The notes: a model not told the origin generated them from the sequence alone. 64,000 nt of DNA from Ignisphaera sp. (GCA_038889075.1 JAWAHS010000001.1:96001-160000); one strand, 5' to 3'; numbered from the stretch's first letter, positions 10,736 through 21,270 are shown. Numbers and translations: made by a program.

Positions 10736-11740
10736 TTGAAAGGTTATGTAATAGGCGTAGATATAGGTGCAACTTGGACGAGAATTGCATTAGCAAATAT
10801 GGAAGGTACAATTCTAGACAAGCATGTCTTTAGAACTCCGAGAGAGGGTAACAAATACACAATTGCAGAAGTCTTAACTACAAATATTATCCAACATTAT
10901 AGCGAGTATCTGGGCGATGTAAAAGCTATTGGAATAGGTACGGCAGGACCCCTTGAACTATCAACAGGCATGGTTATCAATTCACCAAACATTCCCATAC
11001 GTACTTTTGAGTTAGCAAGACCTATCCAAGATATTCTAAGAAAACCTGTTATAATGGCAAATGATTGCGTAGCAGCAGTCTGGGGAGAAAAAATACTTGG
11101 TTTAGGAAGAGACTATAGCAATGTTGTATATATAACGATTAGCAGTGGTATAGGTGGTGGTATGGTTGTGAACGATACATTACTATTGGGTAAAATGGGA
11201 AATGCTCATGAAATTGGGCATACTATTGTAGATGTAAATGGTCGGATGAAGTGTGGCTGTGGAGGATATGGTCATTGGGAGGCATATGCCAGTGGTGTGA
11301 ATATACCTAAATTTACAGGTATTCTTTTAAGTGAAATTAACGTGAATGCTGATGAAAGACTCTCACCTATATATAAAGCATTTATGGACGGCACCTTAAC
11401 AACAGAGCTAATCTATAGTGAGGCTAGTAAGGGAGATAAACTCGCACTTAGGATAGTAAGTGAAGTTAATAAATACAATATAGCTGGCTTTGAAAATGTT
11501 ATAAATCTTTACGATCCAGAATTGATAACAGTAGGTGGAGCAGTTGTACTAAGGAATAGAGAGCTAGTATTCAGAGAAATAGTTAATGGAGTTGCAAATT
11601 CAAGGGGTGTGATAACACCTTTACCAAAAATTGAGATTACACCATTTGGAGATGATATTGTACTTATAGGTGCGATAGCATTAGCAATAACACCTCCTCA
11701 GAACCTAATTAAAATGCTTAAATACATACAGCATATATGA
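10736..11740 (+). CDS. ROK family sugar kinase (glucokinase)
   Basis: GVDIGATW, MANDC, GIGGG, EIGH, CGCGGYGHWEAYASG; start moved to TTG 10736 behind GGTG, avoiding overlap with the sRNA. Confidence 0.9.
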   Translation: MKGYVIGVDIGATWTRIALANMEGTILDKHVFRTPREGNKYTIAEVLTTNIIQHYSEYLGDVKAIGIGTAGPLELSTGMVINSPNIPIRTFELARPIQDILRKPVIMANDCVAAVWGEKILGLGRDYSNVVYITISSGIGGGMVVNDTLLLGKMGNAHEIGHTIVDVNGRMKCGCGGYGHWEAYASGVNIPKFTGILLSEINVNADERLSPIYKAFMDGTLTTELIYSEASKGDKLALRIVSEVNKYNIAGFENVINLYDPELITVGGAVVLRNRELVFREIVNGVANSRGVITPLPKIEITPFGDDIVLIGAIALAITPPQNLIKMLKYIQHI

Positions 11741-11746
11741 AGATCC

Positions 11747-12682
11747 ATGTTGCTAAAAATAGTTAATGTGGATAGAAAAATCGATCTGAATAAGTTGCTT
11801 TATCCATCCTTTATCCTTCCACTTGTTGAGATGAATACGATAACTAATGAGCTATTTAAGAGGTGGGGCTACTGTAAAAATCTTAAAATAAGAAAAGATA
11901 ATGGTAATATTGTAATAGCACATGAAGAAAAGAGATGTATTGAATATGCAGATGAAATTCTTGGTCTGTGGTTTGACATTGATAGGTATAGAAAGGATGT
12001 TAGTAAGAATTATCAGGAACTGATTGAAGGAATGATAGAAACGCATGGTAAGATAGGAATAGCGACGTCATCTAATGATGATGTCGAAATCTTCTCATCG
12101 ATATTCTTATCACGTGCAACAGATTTTCATAGAAACACTGTTCGATGGCTTAGGAACGCATTTTCTATGTTTGAAAATATAAACAGAATTGCATATTTAG
12201 ATAACCTTGATTCTATTCTTACAAGTGTAGGTAACAGTTTCCAGATTAAGCAATGGGTTGCTGTGCTTAGAGACTACCTTAATTTAAGAAATGCAATTAG
12301 ATGTGAAATTGATATTCAAAGCATTAAGAGCCGTCTACTTAGGATGAAATTTGTGGGTCCTAAGGTAACATATGCATACATTCTCTTTATCTTAAAAAAC
12401 ACTAGTTATGCACCAATAGATAGAAACTTTTTAGAATTCCTTAAAAGATTCTCCGTAACTAGACCACTTATTGGAGCCATCCCCCAGAAAAGGTTGTGTA
12501 TGGTATATACTTGTGAACATTGTACATATAAAAAAGTATGTACATTATACAGGGTAAGAAGTGCTTTTGGTCATATGAGTGGCTGGCTTCAGACTATGGC
12601 ATATCTACATGTTAAAACATTGTGCAATACAGGAGGGTGTAACATTTGTAGACTTAGAGATCAATGTCTAATAGTCAAATAG
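11747..12682 (+). CDS. HhH-GPD superfamily DNA glycosylase/lyase-like protein with two Cys4 motifs
   Basis: HhH LLRMKFVGPKVTYAYIL, PIDRNF Asp motif, CX4CX2CX5C twice. Confidence 0.65.
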   Translation: MLLKIVNVDRKIDLNKLLYPSFILPLVEMNTITNELFKRWGYCKNLKIRKDNGNIVIAHEEKRCIEYADEILGLWFDIDRYRKDVSKNYQELIEGMIETHGKIGIATSSNDDVEIFSSIFLSRATDFHRNTVRWLRNAFSMFENINRIAYLDNLDSILTSVGNSFQIKQWVAVLRDYLNLRNAIRCEIDIQSIKSRLLRMKFVGPKVTYAYILFILKNTSYAPIDRNFLEFLKRFSVTRPLIGAIPQKRLCMVYTCEHCTYKKVCTLYRVRSAFGHMSGWLQTMAYLHVKTLCNTGGCNICRLRDQCLIVK

Positions 12683-13396
12683 ATTGAGAGCGTTTTCTAC
12701 ACCCTCTATAACCCTTGAAAGCACGATCCATGTCTCAAGAGTTTTCGGGTATATAGATACCTCCATCTTTGCAAGCCTTGCAGTAGATTCTTCGAAGTCG
12801 CCATGTTGAAAACCACCAATGATCACACATACCCTCTTTCCATTATTCATAAGATCGGCAATAAAGTTACCTAGGGCAATAGGAGATAATCTCACACCCG
12901 TCTCACGTAATAGTATAGTTTCATCGAAACTATTTTCATATACAAATTGGTTTAACGATTTGTTTTCTATGACCATTAGAGGTTTGTCAGAATCGGGAGG
13001 CACCCTCCCAATTTTAAGAAGCTGCTCCATTAAACCTACAAATCTATTATAATTTCGTGGAATTCTGGTCTTGGGATCTACATGTATCAATACATCATTT
13101 AACGTATGAATGTAGAATCTCAGTAGACCAACATCATTTAATGGTGAGGATAGTGCGAGTAGAAGGGATGTATGGACTATATCAGGACGGCCACGTTTAT
13201 ACCATTTCGGTAGAGATTTCATAGCTCTATAGTGCAAGGAAATATCTAAAAGAATTTCCCATGTGCTCTTCCCTCTCCTTCTAGCACTTTTTACAACAGA
13301 GATATGGCTTTGAATCTCCTTTGGAACGAGTTCTAACCCGGATTCCGCTAGAATGATCGTTAATGGATGCATTCTAATCCCTACCACTATTTTCAA
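12668..13396 (-). CDS. nep1: 16S rRNA pseudouridine N1-methyltransferase Nep1/EMG1
   Basis: ILAESGLELVP, RGRPDIVH, RIPRNYNRFVGLMEQLL, IGGFQHGDF. Confidence 0.93.
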   Translation of the reverse strand: MKIVVGIRMHPLTIILAESGLELVPKEIQSHISVVKSARRRGKSTWEILLDISLHYRAMKSLPKWYKRGRPDIVHTSLLLALSSPLNDVGLLRFYIHTLNDVLIHVDPKTRIPRNYNRFVGLMEQLLKIGRVPPDSDKPLMVIENKSLNQFVYENSFDETILLRETGVRLSPIALGNFIADLMNNGKRVCVIIGGFQHGDFEESTARLAKMEVSIYPKTLETWIVLSRVIEGVENALNLFDY

Positions 13397-13479
13397 ATAA
13401 TTCTAATAATGGTATCTTAAATTTTGCTTAACATTTAAATTTCAAATGCAAGTTTGATATGTAGAAGAATATTGGAAGG

Positions 13480-13998
13480 GTGAATATATTGTCTACTAAG
13501 AGGGATTTAGAAGTAAGAAGACATGCAATTTATGAAGACAAAGTTTTAGGAGCTTTCTATAGATTATTGGTGTCACACTCTCGTAGTCTAGCTCTATATG
13601 TAGACTTTTCACCATTACGCTATCCGTTGATAAAGATATTAATTACGCTAACAGCAGCTGATGACCAAGAGATTGAGACCGGCAAATTAATAGGTACAGC
13701 TCTAGTAGAGATGGTTCTAAATATAGAAAGTCTATATAGGGATAAAATTGATTTCGATAAGGATATAGTTTCAGTAAGGTTAGCATGTGAACATGGATGG
13801 ATCACATACGAATACACTGTTTTAAGATCAGAACAAGGCATTCCGTATGCATCTAAATTATGGATGCATATGGTGGAGGGCAAACCACAGCGTGAAATTA
13901 TTGAGGTTAACGAAGAATTCATTAAATATGTGGATGAGATTGTTAGGAAGATCGTTATAGAGGCTAAAAAAGTCCTTGAAGATGATGGTTACATTTAA
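13480..13998 (+). CDS. Hypothetical protein
   Basis: 172-aa ORF, co-oriented with HMG-CoA synthase; no motif recognised. Confidence 0.7.
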   Translation: MNILSTKRDLEVRRHAIYEDKVLGAFYRLLVSHSRSLALYVDFSPLRYPLIKILITLTAADDQEIETGKLIGTALVEMVLNIESLYRDKIDFDKDIVSVRLACEHGWITYEYTVLRSEQGIPYASKLWMHMVEGKPQREIIEVNEEFIKYVDEIVRKIVIEAKKVLEDDGYI

Positions 13999-14098
13999 AC
14001 AGCGTGATTATAATAGTGTATCGCTTACAGTTTATTTAACCCAAAAATATCTGGCTCCTAAGATCTGTGGCTGTGTAGCTGCAGAGAGGTACTGCTAT

Positions 14099-15157
14099 AT
14101 GAAGTACACCAATAGTGGAATTGTAGGTTGGGGGGTATACGTACCAAGGTACAGAATCTCCGCAAGAGACATCGCAAGAGCATGGGGTTACGACTTAGAT
14201 GCTCCCAATAACATCTGGATTGAAGAAAAGTCTGTAGGGAATATCGATGAGGATACTATAACCATAGGATACCAAGCATCATTGAATGCTATTAAAAGAG
14301 CTGGTATAAATCCGAGAGACATAGATGCTATATACTTAGGTACAGAAAGCAAGCCGTATGCCGTAAAGCCAGGTGCATCTATAATTGCTGAAGCCCTTGG
14401 AATTAAACCAGCACATCAAGTCGCTGATTTAGAGTTTGCATGTAGAGCTAGTAGTGAGGCAATTAGGATTGGCGCATCCTTAGTAGAGAGTGGGGCAGCT
14501 AGATATGTACTGGCAATAGGTGCGGATACTTCACAGAGTAGTCCAGGGGACGTGCTAGAATTTACAGCGAGTAGTGGTGGCGCGGCATACATCATAGGAT
14601 CACGGTCGAGAGCTGTTGCATATTTTGAGGGGTGTACAACTTATTCCACAGATACACCCGATTTCTGGAGAAGAGATGGGGCACCTTATCCCAGACACGG
14701 TGAAGGGTTTACTGGTGAGCCGGCATACTTTAATCATATACTTTTAGCTACTAAGCTATTAATGGAGGAATTAGGATTGAAGGTTTCAGACTTTGACTAT
14801 GCTGTGTTCCATCAACCAAATGGTAAATTCCCTCTTAGGGTTGGATCAATGCTCGGGCTGCCAAAGGAGAAAATATTACCAGGGTTGGTAACCCCGTATA
14901 TTGGAAACACGTATAATGGAGCAGTGCTAATAGGACTTGCAAAGATTTTGGAAGAAGCAAAACCTGGTCAGAGGATACTTGTTGTTTCATTTGGTAGTGG
15001 TGCTGGTAGTGATGCATTTAGTATTGTGGTAACTGATAGGATAGAAGATGTGATTGATAAAGCACCTAGGGTTTCATATTATATTAATAGGAAAATCCCA
15101 ATATCATATGACATGTATCTAAAGATGAAAGGGTTGATCAATAGATATAGGCTTTAA
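14099..15157 (+). CDS. Hydroxymethylglutaryl-CoA synthase (archaeal)
   Basis: [17 protein letters not shown] (catalytic Cys), [33 protein letters not shown]; ATG 14099 behind GAGGT. Confidence 0.93.
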   Translation: MKYTNSGIVGWGVYVPRYRISARDIARAWGYDLDAPNNIWIEEKSVGNIDEDTITIGYQASLNAIKRAGINPRDIDAIYLGTESKPYAVKPGASIIAEALGIKPAHQVADLEFACRASSEAIRIGASLVESGAARYVLAIGADTSQSSPGDVLEFTASSGGAAYIIGSRSRAVAYFEGCTTYSTDTPDFWRRDGAPYPRHGEGFTGEPAYFNHILLATKLLMEELGLKVSDFDYAVFHQPNGKFPLRVGSMLGLPKEKILPGLVTPYIGNTYNGAVLIGLAKILEEAKPGQRILVVSFGSGAGSDAFSIVVTDRIEDVIDKAPRVSYYINRKIPISYDMYLKMKGLINRYRL

Positions 15158-15342
15158 CACTTATAGTTATCTAAGCATAGATTTAGTCGCTTTGCTAACG
15201 AACATAGAGTATCGACACCGACAATGGCCTTAGAACCCTTTTCACCCTTGAGTATAGCTGTTCTACCAATAATTTTAACAGAAGTTTTTTCACACATTTT
15301 ACAAGCCTTAGGAACATCTTTGAGTTTGATCCTTATATTCAG
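15154..15342 (-). CDS. Small Cys-containing hypothetical protein missed by the ORF track
   Basis: Open frame [62 protein letters not shown]; first ATG at 15297, CTG at 15342; stop overlaps the HMGCS stop. Confidence 0.5.
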   Translation of the reverse strand: MNIRIKLKDVPKACKMCEKTSVKIIGRTAILKGEKGSKAIVGVDTLCSLAKRLNLCLDNYKC

Positions 15343-15369
15343 TTTATCTAGCTATGCTATTAAATCAGA

Positions 15370-15825
15370 CTATTCCATGTCTAGATAATCCTCGTATTCA
15401 TTACCAATATCCATATTCTCTTCAGTAGGACCGCCTTTCATTTCCTTTAATATCTCTCCCAAGGGTTTCCCATATTTTCTTAGCCTTGCAGCTACATTAC
15501 CCCATCTAGCTCTAAATTTCGATGGTACCAGAGGTCTGACTCTCTTTGTTGTCCTTCTGGGAACGTAATTCTGTTCCATACCAGGAATTGCCAGAGTACC
15601 GTCTGGAAGTTCTATAATTTCATCTCGTTCTATAAGTCTTATTAATACTTTCCTAAGTCTATCTTCACCTGCTATTCCAGCAAAACGTTCTCTAAGTTCT
15701 TTCCATGAGATGGGTTTACCATTGTTACTTATGGTTTCCTTTACAAGACGCTCTAGTTCATCTTCTGCAGGCGCCTTAAACACCTCAATATCTAGGTCTT
15801 CATAAAGTTTTTTAAGGCCTATCAC
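15370..15825 (-). CDS. Winged-helix-like conserved hypothetical protein
   Basis: ISWKELRERFAGIAGEDRLRKVLIRLIERDEIIELPDG has a wHTH pattern; acidic tail; TATA upstream. Confidence 0.7.
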   Translation of the reverse strand: MIGLKKLYEDLDIEVFKAPAEDELERLVKETISNNGKPISWKELRERFAGIAGEDRLRKVLIRLIERDEIIELPDGTLAIPGMEQNYVPRRTTKRVRPLVPSKFRARWGNVAARLRKYGKPLGEILKEMKGGPTEENMDIGNEYEDYLDME

Positions 15826-15990
15826 TATGTCTCACCCATATACTTTTTTTCTAATATTTTAAATATCCATAAAAATTTATAAACTTTTCTATAATGAACT
15901 CCTCTACACTAAATATCCTACACCTTTATTATTTTACAAAGATAGGCGATATGATGTTTAAATAGTAAGACTGCATAGAGACTAGCAGTA

Positions 15991-16290
15991 GTGTGGACAA
16001 TGCCAAAGTATACAATTAAACTAATAGTAACAAGTTTAAATCCTGATGATTTTATTAAATGTAGCATTATAGCTAACAGGGTTAGAAAATATACGAAGAA
16101 ATATGTTGACATCCACATACTTTTTGTACCTAATACAACCGGTTTTAGTGGAATTATAGTTGAGGATGAAGATGTGATTCGTTGTGATGATGAGACAGAA
16201 TCCATAGAAAGGGTTATAGAAGGAATTTCAAGATTTATATCTAAGAGAAAATTCGTTGAACCTGAGATAGCAGCCGGCATTCTAAAATAA
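15991..16290 (+). CDS. Hypothetical protein
   Basis: 99-aa ORF co-oriented with downstream genes. Confidence 0.55.
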   Translation: MWTMPKYTIKLIVTSLNPDDFIKCSIIANRVRKYTKKYVDIHILFVPNTTGFSGIIVEDEDVIRCDDETESIERVIEGISRFISKRKFVEPEIAAGILK

Positions 16291-16347
16291 ATAGCGATAG
16301 AGAAGATATCAGCTTTTTAAGTCCTGAGCAACACACTTGTCTTAAGC

Positions 16348-17085
16348 ATGAGGTTGAATGTCATGGCTTTATACATAGATGAAAGAGAGCTTGTTATCGA
16401 AATACTCTCGAGTTTAAAGAGATTCTTTAAATTTAAGGAACTTGAAACAATTCTAGGTATATCAATTCCGACATTATGGAGATATATTCATGGCGATATC
16501 AAACCAAGTCAAGATAGATCTAGGCAGATGATTATGAAATTGCTGGATAGCAATATGATTGATGTGATTAAGGAAAAGGTAATTAAAACAGATGAAGAGG
16601 GGCTAATCAATGTCTATACTCTCGCGTACAACCTCGATATTCTTACTATAGCTTCGATAGATGCAATGCTATGGGCACAAAATATGGGATTTACATCGGT
16701 TGCAACTGTAGAGACTGATGGCATACCGCTTGCTACATTAATAGCAAAAAGACTTGACATAAAAATGGTTGTGATAAAGAGAAAAAAGGAGGTTGGTTTC
16801 GATAAATTTATTGAAGTAAGTTATATTGCACGAACACCTCCTGAAGTAGTATCGCTATACCTACCTGAGGGTATAGTGGAGTATGGAGATAAAGTATTAA
16901 TTGTAGATGATCTCGTTAGAAGTGGCCGTACTAGCGTTGCATTGTTTGAATTGATTAGAAGGGCGGGTGCTAGACCCGCAGGGTTTTACGCCCTTATCAG
17001 CATAGGGGATACTTGGAGAGATGTTGTAGAAAGATATGTAGGATCTAATTATAGAGTCTTATTTAGGGTCGGCTCCTTTAAATAA
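16348..17085 (+). CDS. HTH-fused phosphoribosyltransferase (PurR/Apt-like regulator)
   Basis: N-terminal HTH KELETILGISIPTLWRYIHG; PRPP motif VLIVDDLVRSGRT. Confidence 0.85.
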   Translation: MRLNVMALYIDERELVIEILSSLKRFFKFKELETILGISIPTLWRYIHGDIKPSQDRSRQMIMKLLDSNMIDVIKEKVIKTDEEGLINVYTLAYNLDILTIASIDAMLWAQNMGFTSVATVETDGIPLATLIAKRLDIKMVVIKRKKEVGFDKFIEVSYIARTPPEVVSLYLPEGIVEYGDKVLIVDDLVRSGRTSVALFELIRRAGARPAGFYALISIGDTWRDVVERYVGSNYRVLFRVGSFK

Positions 17086-17141
17086 ATTTAATAGCCGAAC
17101 CTCCTATGTATTGATTAATATTTTTAGTAAATGGTGTTGTC

Positions 17142-17753
17142 ATGGTCGTCAAAAAAATTGCTGTACTTCAGAATATTAAATATAGGGAATGCAATGGAAT
17201 TATCAATAGAATAATTGATGGAGATGTAGACATCATTGTTATTTGTGGGGGGATCAGAGAATGCAGAAATGTAATTGATGTACCTAAAAATGTGTTTGGC
17301 ATTGTAGATCTAGAGGACGATGTGCATATTATAAAGCTTATGAAGAATAGAAATGTGTATATAGCAGGTAAGTGGAAGCTGTTAGAAGACGGTATCTGTA
17401 TAGGGGGTATTGATGCTAAGAATCCAGTTCAAAATCTTTTGATGATAATAGAAGAGCTACCGTATGGATGTAAGAATCTAGTTTTAGTGTCACGCTATCC
17501 AATAATAGGTTTAGATTGTTCTTCGATAGAAATATTCAAAAAGAAAATCTCGATAGGATTTACAACCAGTCTAATAGAGAAATTGCTGAATCGAATAGAA
17601 AAGATGGTGTTCATTTGTTGTAACAATACCTTAGATGGAGTTTGCACTGGGACCCCTATTAATGATAGATTTGTAAATGTATCTCTAATTGGGCATTTCA
17701 CAAAGATCACCATAGATTTTACTAATATTAGAAAAATTGCTATTGAGTACTAA
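17142..17753 (+). CDS. Hypothetical protein, possibly a degenerate metallophosphoesterase fold
   Basis: DVDIIVICGG...VFGIVDLEDD...LVLVSRYP layout parallels Icc-type enzymes but lacks DxH/GD/GNxD/H ligands. Confidence 0.5.
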   Translation: MVVKKIAVLQNIKYRECNGIINRIIDGDVDIIVICGGIRECRNVIDVPKNVFGIVDLEDDVHIIKLMKNRNVYIAGKWKLLEDGICIGGIDAKNPVQNLLMIIEELPYGCKNLVLVSRYPIIGLDCSSIEIFKKKISIGFTTSLIEKLLNRIEKMVFICCNNTLDGVCTGTPINDRFVNVSLIGHFTKITIDFTNIRKIAIEY

Positions 17754-17855
17754 AAATGGTGATCGTTACTGAGCTTTGTTGTACGTAGGACAAGAAAGGA
17801 ATTTATAAGATTCGTAAAGAAAGGAAAATCCAGTGATATAAAGATAGGCATTCTT

Positions 17856-19319
17856 ATGCCAATGCCATACAACGCTGCTATCAACTCACTATTTTTTCAA
17901 ACAGCTTACGAATACATAAATAGTTTGGAGGGTGCTATAGCATACAGATACGTATACGACATCAAGAATGATGTATTGGAGGCTCTCGATACAGAGGCCA
18001 ATCTCAATAATCTTGATGCAGTCTTTATATCTTTATCTTTCGAGCTCGACTATGTAAATATTGCTAGAATTCTAGATAAACTCAATCTTTTACATCGATA
18101 TAAAGGTTATAGAAAACCTATATTAATTGCTGGAGGCATAGCTGTTACTTCAAATCCATTACCATTAAGTGGTATTGTCGATGCTGTTGTGATTGGCGAA
18201 GCTGATGAGATATTGAAAGAGCTTGTATATACTATGGGTGAAGATAGACCTTTTAATTATTTAGAAGATTTTAGTTGCATTTCTCTATTACCAATCAGAA
18301 ATAAGGTGAAAAGATGTTTTACTAGGGAGCTTAATCAAGCTCTGCATGCAATAAATCAGTTCTTTGCTATAGATGAAGAGCCTGTGTATGGATATGGAAT
18401 GAGGGTTGAGGTTTCTAGAGGATGTCCATATCTATGTGCATTTTGCATGGAAGGACACGTTCAGCATCCATTTAGGTATAGAAGTATGGAAGTATTGTGG
18501 AGAATTATAGAAAGAGGTTTAGAGAGTAACAGTGTTAAAAGGGTTATCTTGTATTCACTAGCATTATTTAGCGTACCGTTCATTGACATGTTATTAAGGA
18601 AATTTAGAGAGCACTCCATTAAGGTATCCTTTCCATCCCTACGAATTGACCATATAACCAAAGAACGTTTAGAGATGATTAGAACCTTGGGTCAGAGAAC
18701 ATTAACGATAGCTCCTGAAACCCTTATAAAAGGGATAGCATGTTTGATTGGTAAATGTTATGATACGGATCATCTCGAGGACATTATCAAAGAAAGTTTA
18801 AATTATAATTTTGATCATGTTAAACTATATTTAATTACAGGTTTTCCTAAAATGAGCATAGATGAGGAAGTGAATACATTTAGAAAATTCTTAACTAAAC
18901 TTTCATGGATAAGAAAATCAGGATTTTTAAGGGTCGTCCTCAATCCTCTTGTACCAAAACCATGGACGCCATACCAATTCTTACCACCTAAAATAATACT
19001 TAACTTAGCAGAAAACCTCAATCACTATCATAAGGTAGCAAAAGAATTTAATTTTGTTAGAATAGAGTCTATTGATTATAGATGGGCGTTTGCGCAAGCT
19101 ATATTAGCCCAAGGTGATGAAAAGATATCCGAGCTTGTAATTCAATGGGGTAGATATGGATCTAGCCTAAGAGGATTCTATAGAGTATTAGAATCATTAA
19201 ACATTATGTCTACGGATTACATCCATAATGGTTGGAGGGAACCACCATGGTATGAAATTATAGACATGGGTCTTCCATTTAATTATTTTAAAATGAGATA
19301 CCAATATCTCATTAGTTAA
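17856..19319 (+). CDS. Radical SAM protein (B12-binding-like N-terminus)
   Basis: SLSFELDY, IAGGIAVTSNP, IGEAD, EVSRGCPYLCAFC, TIAPET, PKPWTPYQ; may start at CTG 17769. Confidence 0.87.
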   Translation: MPMPYNAAINSLFFQTAYEYINSLEGAIAYRYVYDIKNDVLEALDTEANLNNLDAVFISLSFELDYVNIARILDKLNLLHRYKGYRKPILIAGGIAVTSNPLPLSGIVDAVVIGEADEILKELVYTMGEDRPFNYLEDFSCISLLPIRNKVKRCFTRELNQALHAINQFFAIDEEPVYGYGMRVEVSRGCPYLCAFCMEGHVQHPFRYRSMEVLWRIIERGLESNSVKRVILYSLALFSVPFIDMLLRKFREHSIKVSFPSLRIDHITKERLEMIRTLGQRTLTIAPETLIKGIACLIGKCYDTDHLEDIIKESLNYNFDHVKLYLITGFPKMSIDEEVNTFRKFLTKLSWIRKSGFLRVVLNPLVPKPWTPYQFLPPKIILNLAENLNHYHKVAKEFNFVRIESIDYRWAFAQAILAQGDEKISELVIQWGRYGSSLRGFYRVLESLNIMSTDYIHNGWREPPWYEIIDMGLPFNYFKMRYQYLIS

Positions 19320-20190
19320 TTTGAATAATTAGAGGAGCTTTTATACTTTTTGAAATACTATTAAAATTGAGCAACTCTACCTTTTTGATAAGGTGGTCTC
19401 TGTATACATTGAAAACCTCTATACCTGTAGCAATGTCACCAAATTTCATAGTTAGAATATGCTTCTCAGCATCCGGATGTAATAGACTATCTAATCTTAA
19501 TGTTGATAATATAGATGGATGTATAATTATAATTGAAGCATCTTGGTGGCTTTTTAAAATGATGTTGTTAACTAATGGATCAGGTGAAGCCAGTATAACA
19601 GCATCAAATTTTCTACCATTATTATATATAGACACATGTTCACCTTTTATTAGTTCAGGCCATAGGGTATATCTAGGAATTATTGCAAATTTTGAAGAAT
19701 ACAACATAGAATAATATGCAAATGGTAATATAGAAATATCGTTACCAACAATTAAGGTGCTGAGTCCTTTAATGGTGTCAAGAACCTTTTTATGAATAGA
19801 AAGTGAAGCTATAAGTAACATTTCTAAGTCGTTAAATGCTTTTTGAGATGCCTCTAGGACATACTTTATATCAATGCTGTATATGCTTTGGCATGCACCA
19901 TCGACCTCTATAGGAGCATTAGCTGATACAGGAAATACTATCACTCTGCTACCTTCAGAGATGCCTTGAACACTTACACCAATTCCTACCACCTTGCCTA
20001 TCGCAATGGTACCTAACACCCGTTTATAATCTTTAGAAACTGTAAAACATTTGCTCAATGCCTCATCGGCTATCGACAGGTAAACATATTTTACCTCTAC
20101 TAAAATCTCATCTTTTCTTAACAGAGAACCAGTATAGCTATCAATAGTTGCGTCACCACAGTAGTGTACAATAACTCTCTTATATGATAT
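19312..20190 (-). CDS. Degenerate medium-chain dehydrogenase (GroES-like ADH N-terminal domain)
   Basis: DEILVEVKYV (upstream of the ORF-track start), RVLGTIAIGKVVGIGVSVQGISEGSRV; GHE motif absent; probable ATA start at 20190. Confidence 0.6.
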   Translation of the reverse strand: MSYKRVIVHYCGDATIDSYTGSLLRKDEILVEVKYVYLSIADEALSKCFTVSKDYKRVLGTIAIGKVVGIGVSVQGISEGSRVIVFPVSANAPIEVDGACQSIYSIDIKYVLEASQKAFNDLEMLLIASLSIHKKVLDTIKGLSTLIVGNDISILPFAYYSMLYSSKFAIIPRYTLWPELIKGEHVSIYNNGRKFDAVILASPDPLVNNIILKSHQDASIIIIHPSILSTLRLDSLLHPDAEKHILTMKFGDIATGIEVFNVYRDHLIKKVELLNFNSISKSIKAPLIIQIN

Positions 20191-20354
20191 GTTTAAACAC
20201 CTCGCACAGTCTTGAGCTTATACCTCTAAGAAGAGATATCTCTGCTATAAGATTTACTGGTGTTGTTAACAATCGTATTAATATGTCTCTGTATTAGGAT
20301 ATAGCGAATGGATTGTAATTGAAATAACAGAGGGAATGTGAGATAACCATAGTA

Positions 20355-20765
20355 TTAAGAGGGCAGCATACTTACATCTATTTTAATTATACCTAAATTC
20401 TCAGCCATTTCTAAAGTCCATCCAGCAAGATCTTTAGCAATATGCAATACAGCTGTATTCGGCTGTATTTCGATGCCGAGTACTTCTCTATAGGTTCTTA
20501 TAGCAGCATTCATATCAATTTTTGGAATGAATTTTAGTGAGAGAGCTTCTAATAGTTCTAAAAGATTTTTCTTACCTTCTCTTAAGAATCTTCTAATAAA
20601 TTCAAAGTCTTCGGATGACGGTAGGGCTGATGATTTATCTACATTCATTTCATCTAGTATTTCAAAGTACCTTCGTAGAATTCGATAATCTTTAACAATT
20701 TTTCCAGAGCTTAAAAAGAGCATGTTAATCCACATAATAAACAGTTTTATTCTAGATATATGCAT
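20355..20765 (-). CDS. Hypothetical protein
   Basis: 136-aa helical ORF, divergent from the acetyltransferase. Confidence 0.65.
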   Translation of the reverse strand: MHISRIKLFIMWINMLFLSSGKIVKDYRILRRYFEILDEMNVDKSSALPSSEDFEFIRRFLREGKKNLLELLEALSLKFIPKIDMNAAIRTYREVLGIEIQPNTAVLHIAKDLAGWTLEMAENLGIIKIDVSMLPS

Positions 20766-20778
20766 AGCTGAAATTTAA

Positions 20779-21270
20779 GTGTTAAGGTGGCAGCAAATGA
20801 GCTTCATAAGAATAAGACCTGCGGTAATGGATGATATAGACATGATTATAGCTATTAATGTTGAATGTTTACCCGAGCACTATCCACTAAGTTTCTGGAT
20901 GGAGCATCTAAAGAAATGGGGGGACATTTTCTATGTAGCAGAGGTAGATAACGAAATTGTAGGCTATGTATTATCACGTATAGAGGAGGGACGCTCGCAT
21001 TTTAAGGGTAGCTATATAAAGATGGGTCATATTATTAGTATAGCAGTTAGAGAAAAATTTAGACGAAAGGGAATAGCAACATATATGATTCTAACATTGT
21101 TGAATTCCCTAAAGACCATTCATAGGGCAGAAGAAGCCTTTCTAGAAGTTAGAATCAGCAATGAACCCGCAGTAAAACTTTATGAAAAACTTGGTTTTAC
21201 CGTGATTAAAAGATTAACGCAATATTATCTTGATGGAGAAGATGCGCTTCTCATGGCTAAGACTCTATAG
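20779..21270 (+). CDS. N-alpha-acetyltransferase Ard1/RimI (GNAT)
   Basis: CLPEHY, GHIISIAVREKFRRKGIA, FLEVRISNEPAVKLYEKLGF, YYLDGEDA. Confidence 0.92.
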   Translation: MLRWQQMSFIRIRPAVMDDIDMIIAINVECLPEHYPLSFWMEHLKKWGDIFYVAEVDNEIVGYVLSRIEEGRSHFKGSYIKMGHIISIAVREKFRRKGIATYMILTLLNSLKTIHRAEEAFLEVRISNEPAVKLYEKLGFTVIKRLTQYYLDGEDALLMAKTL

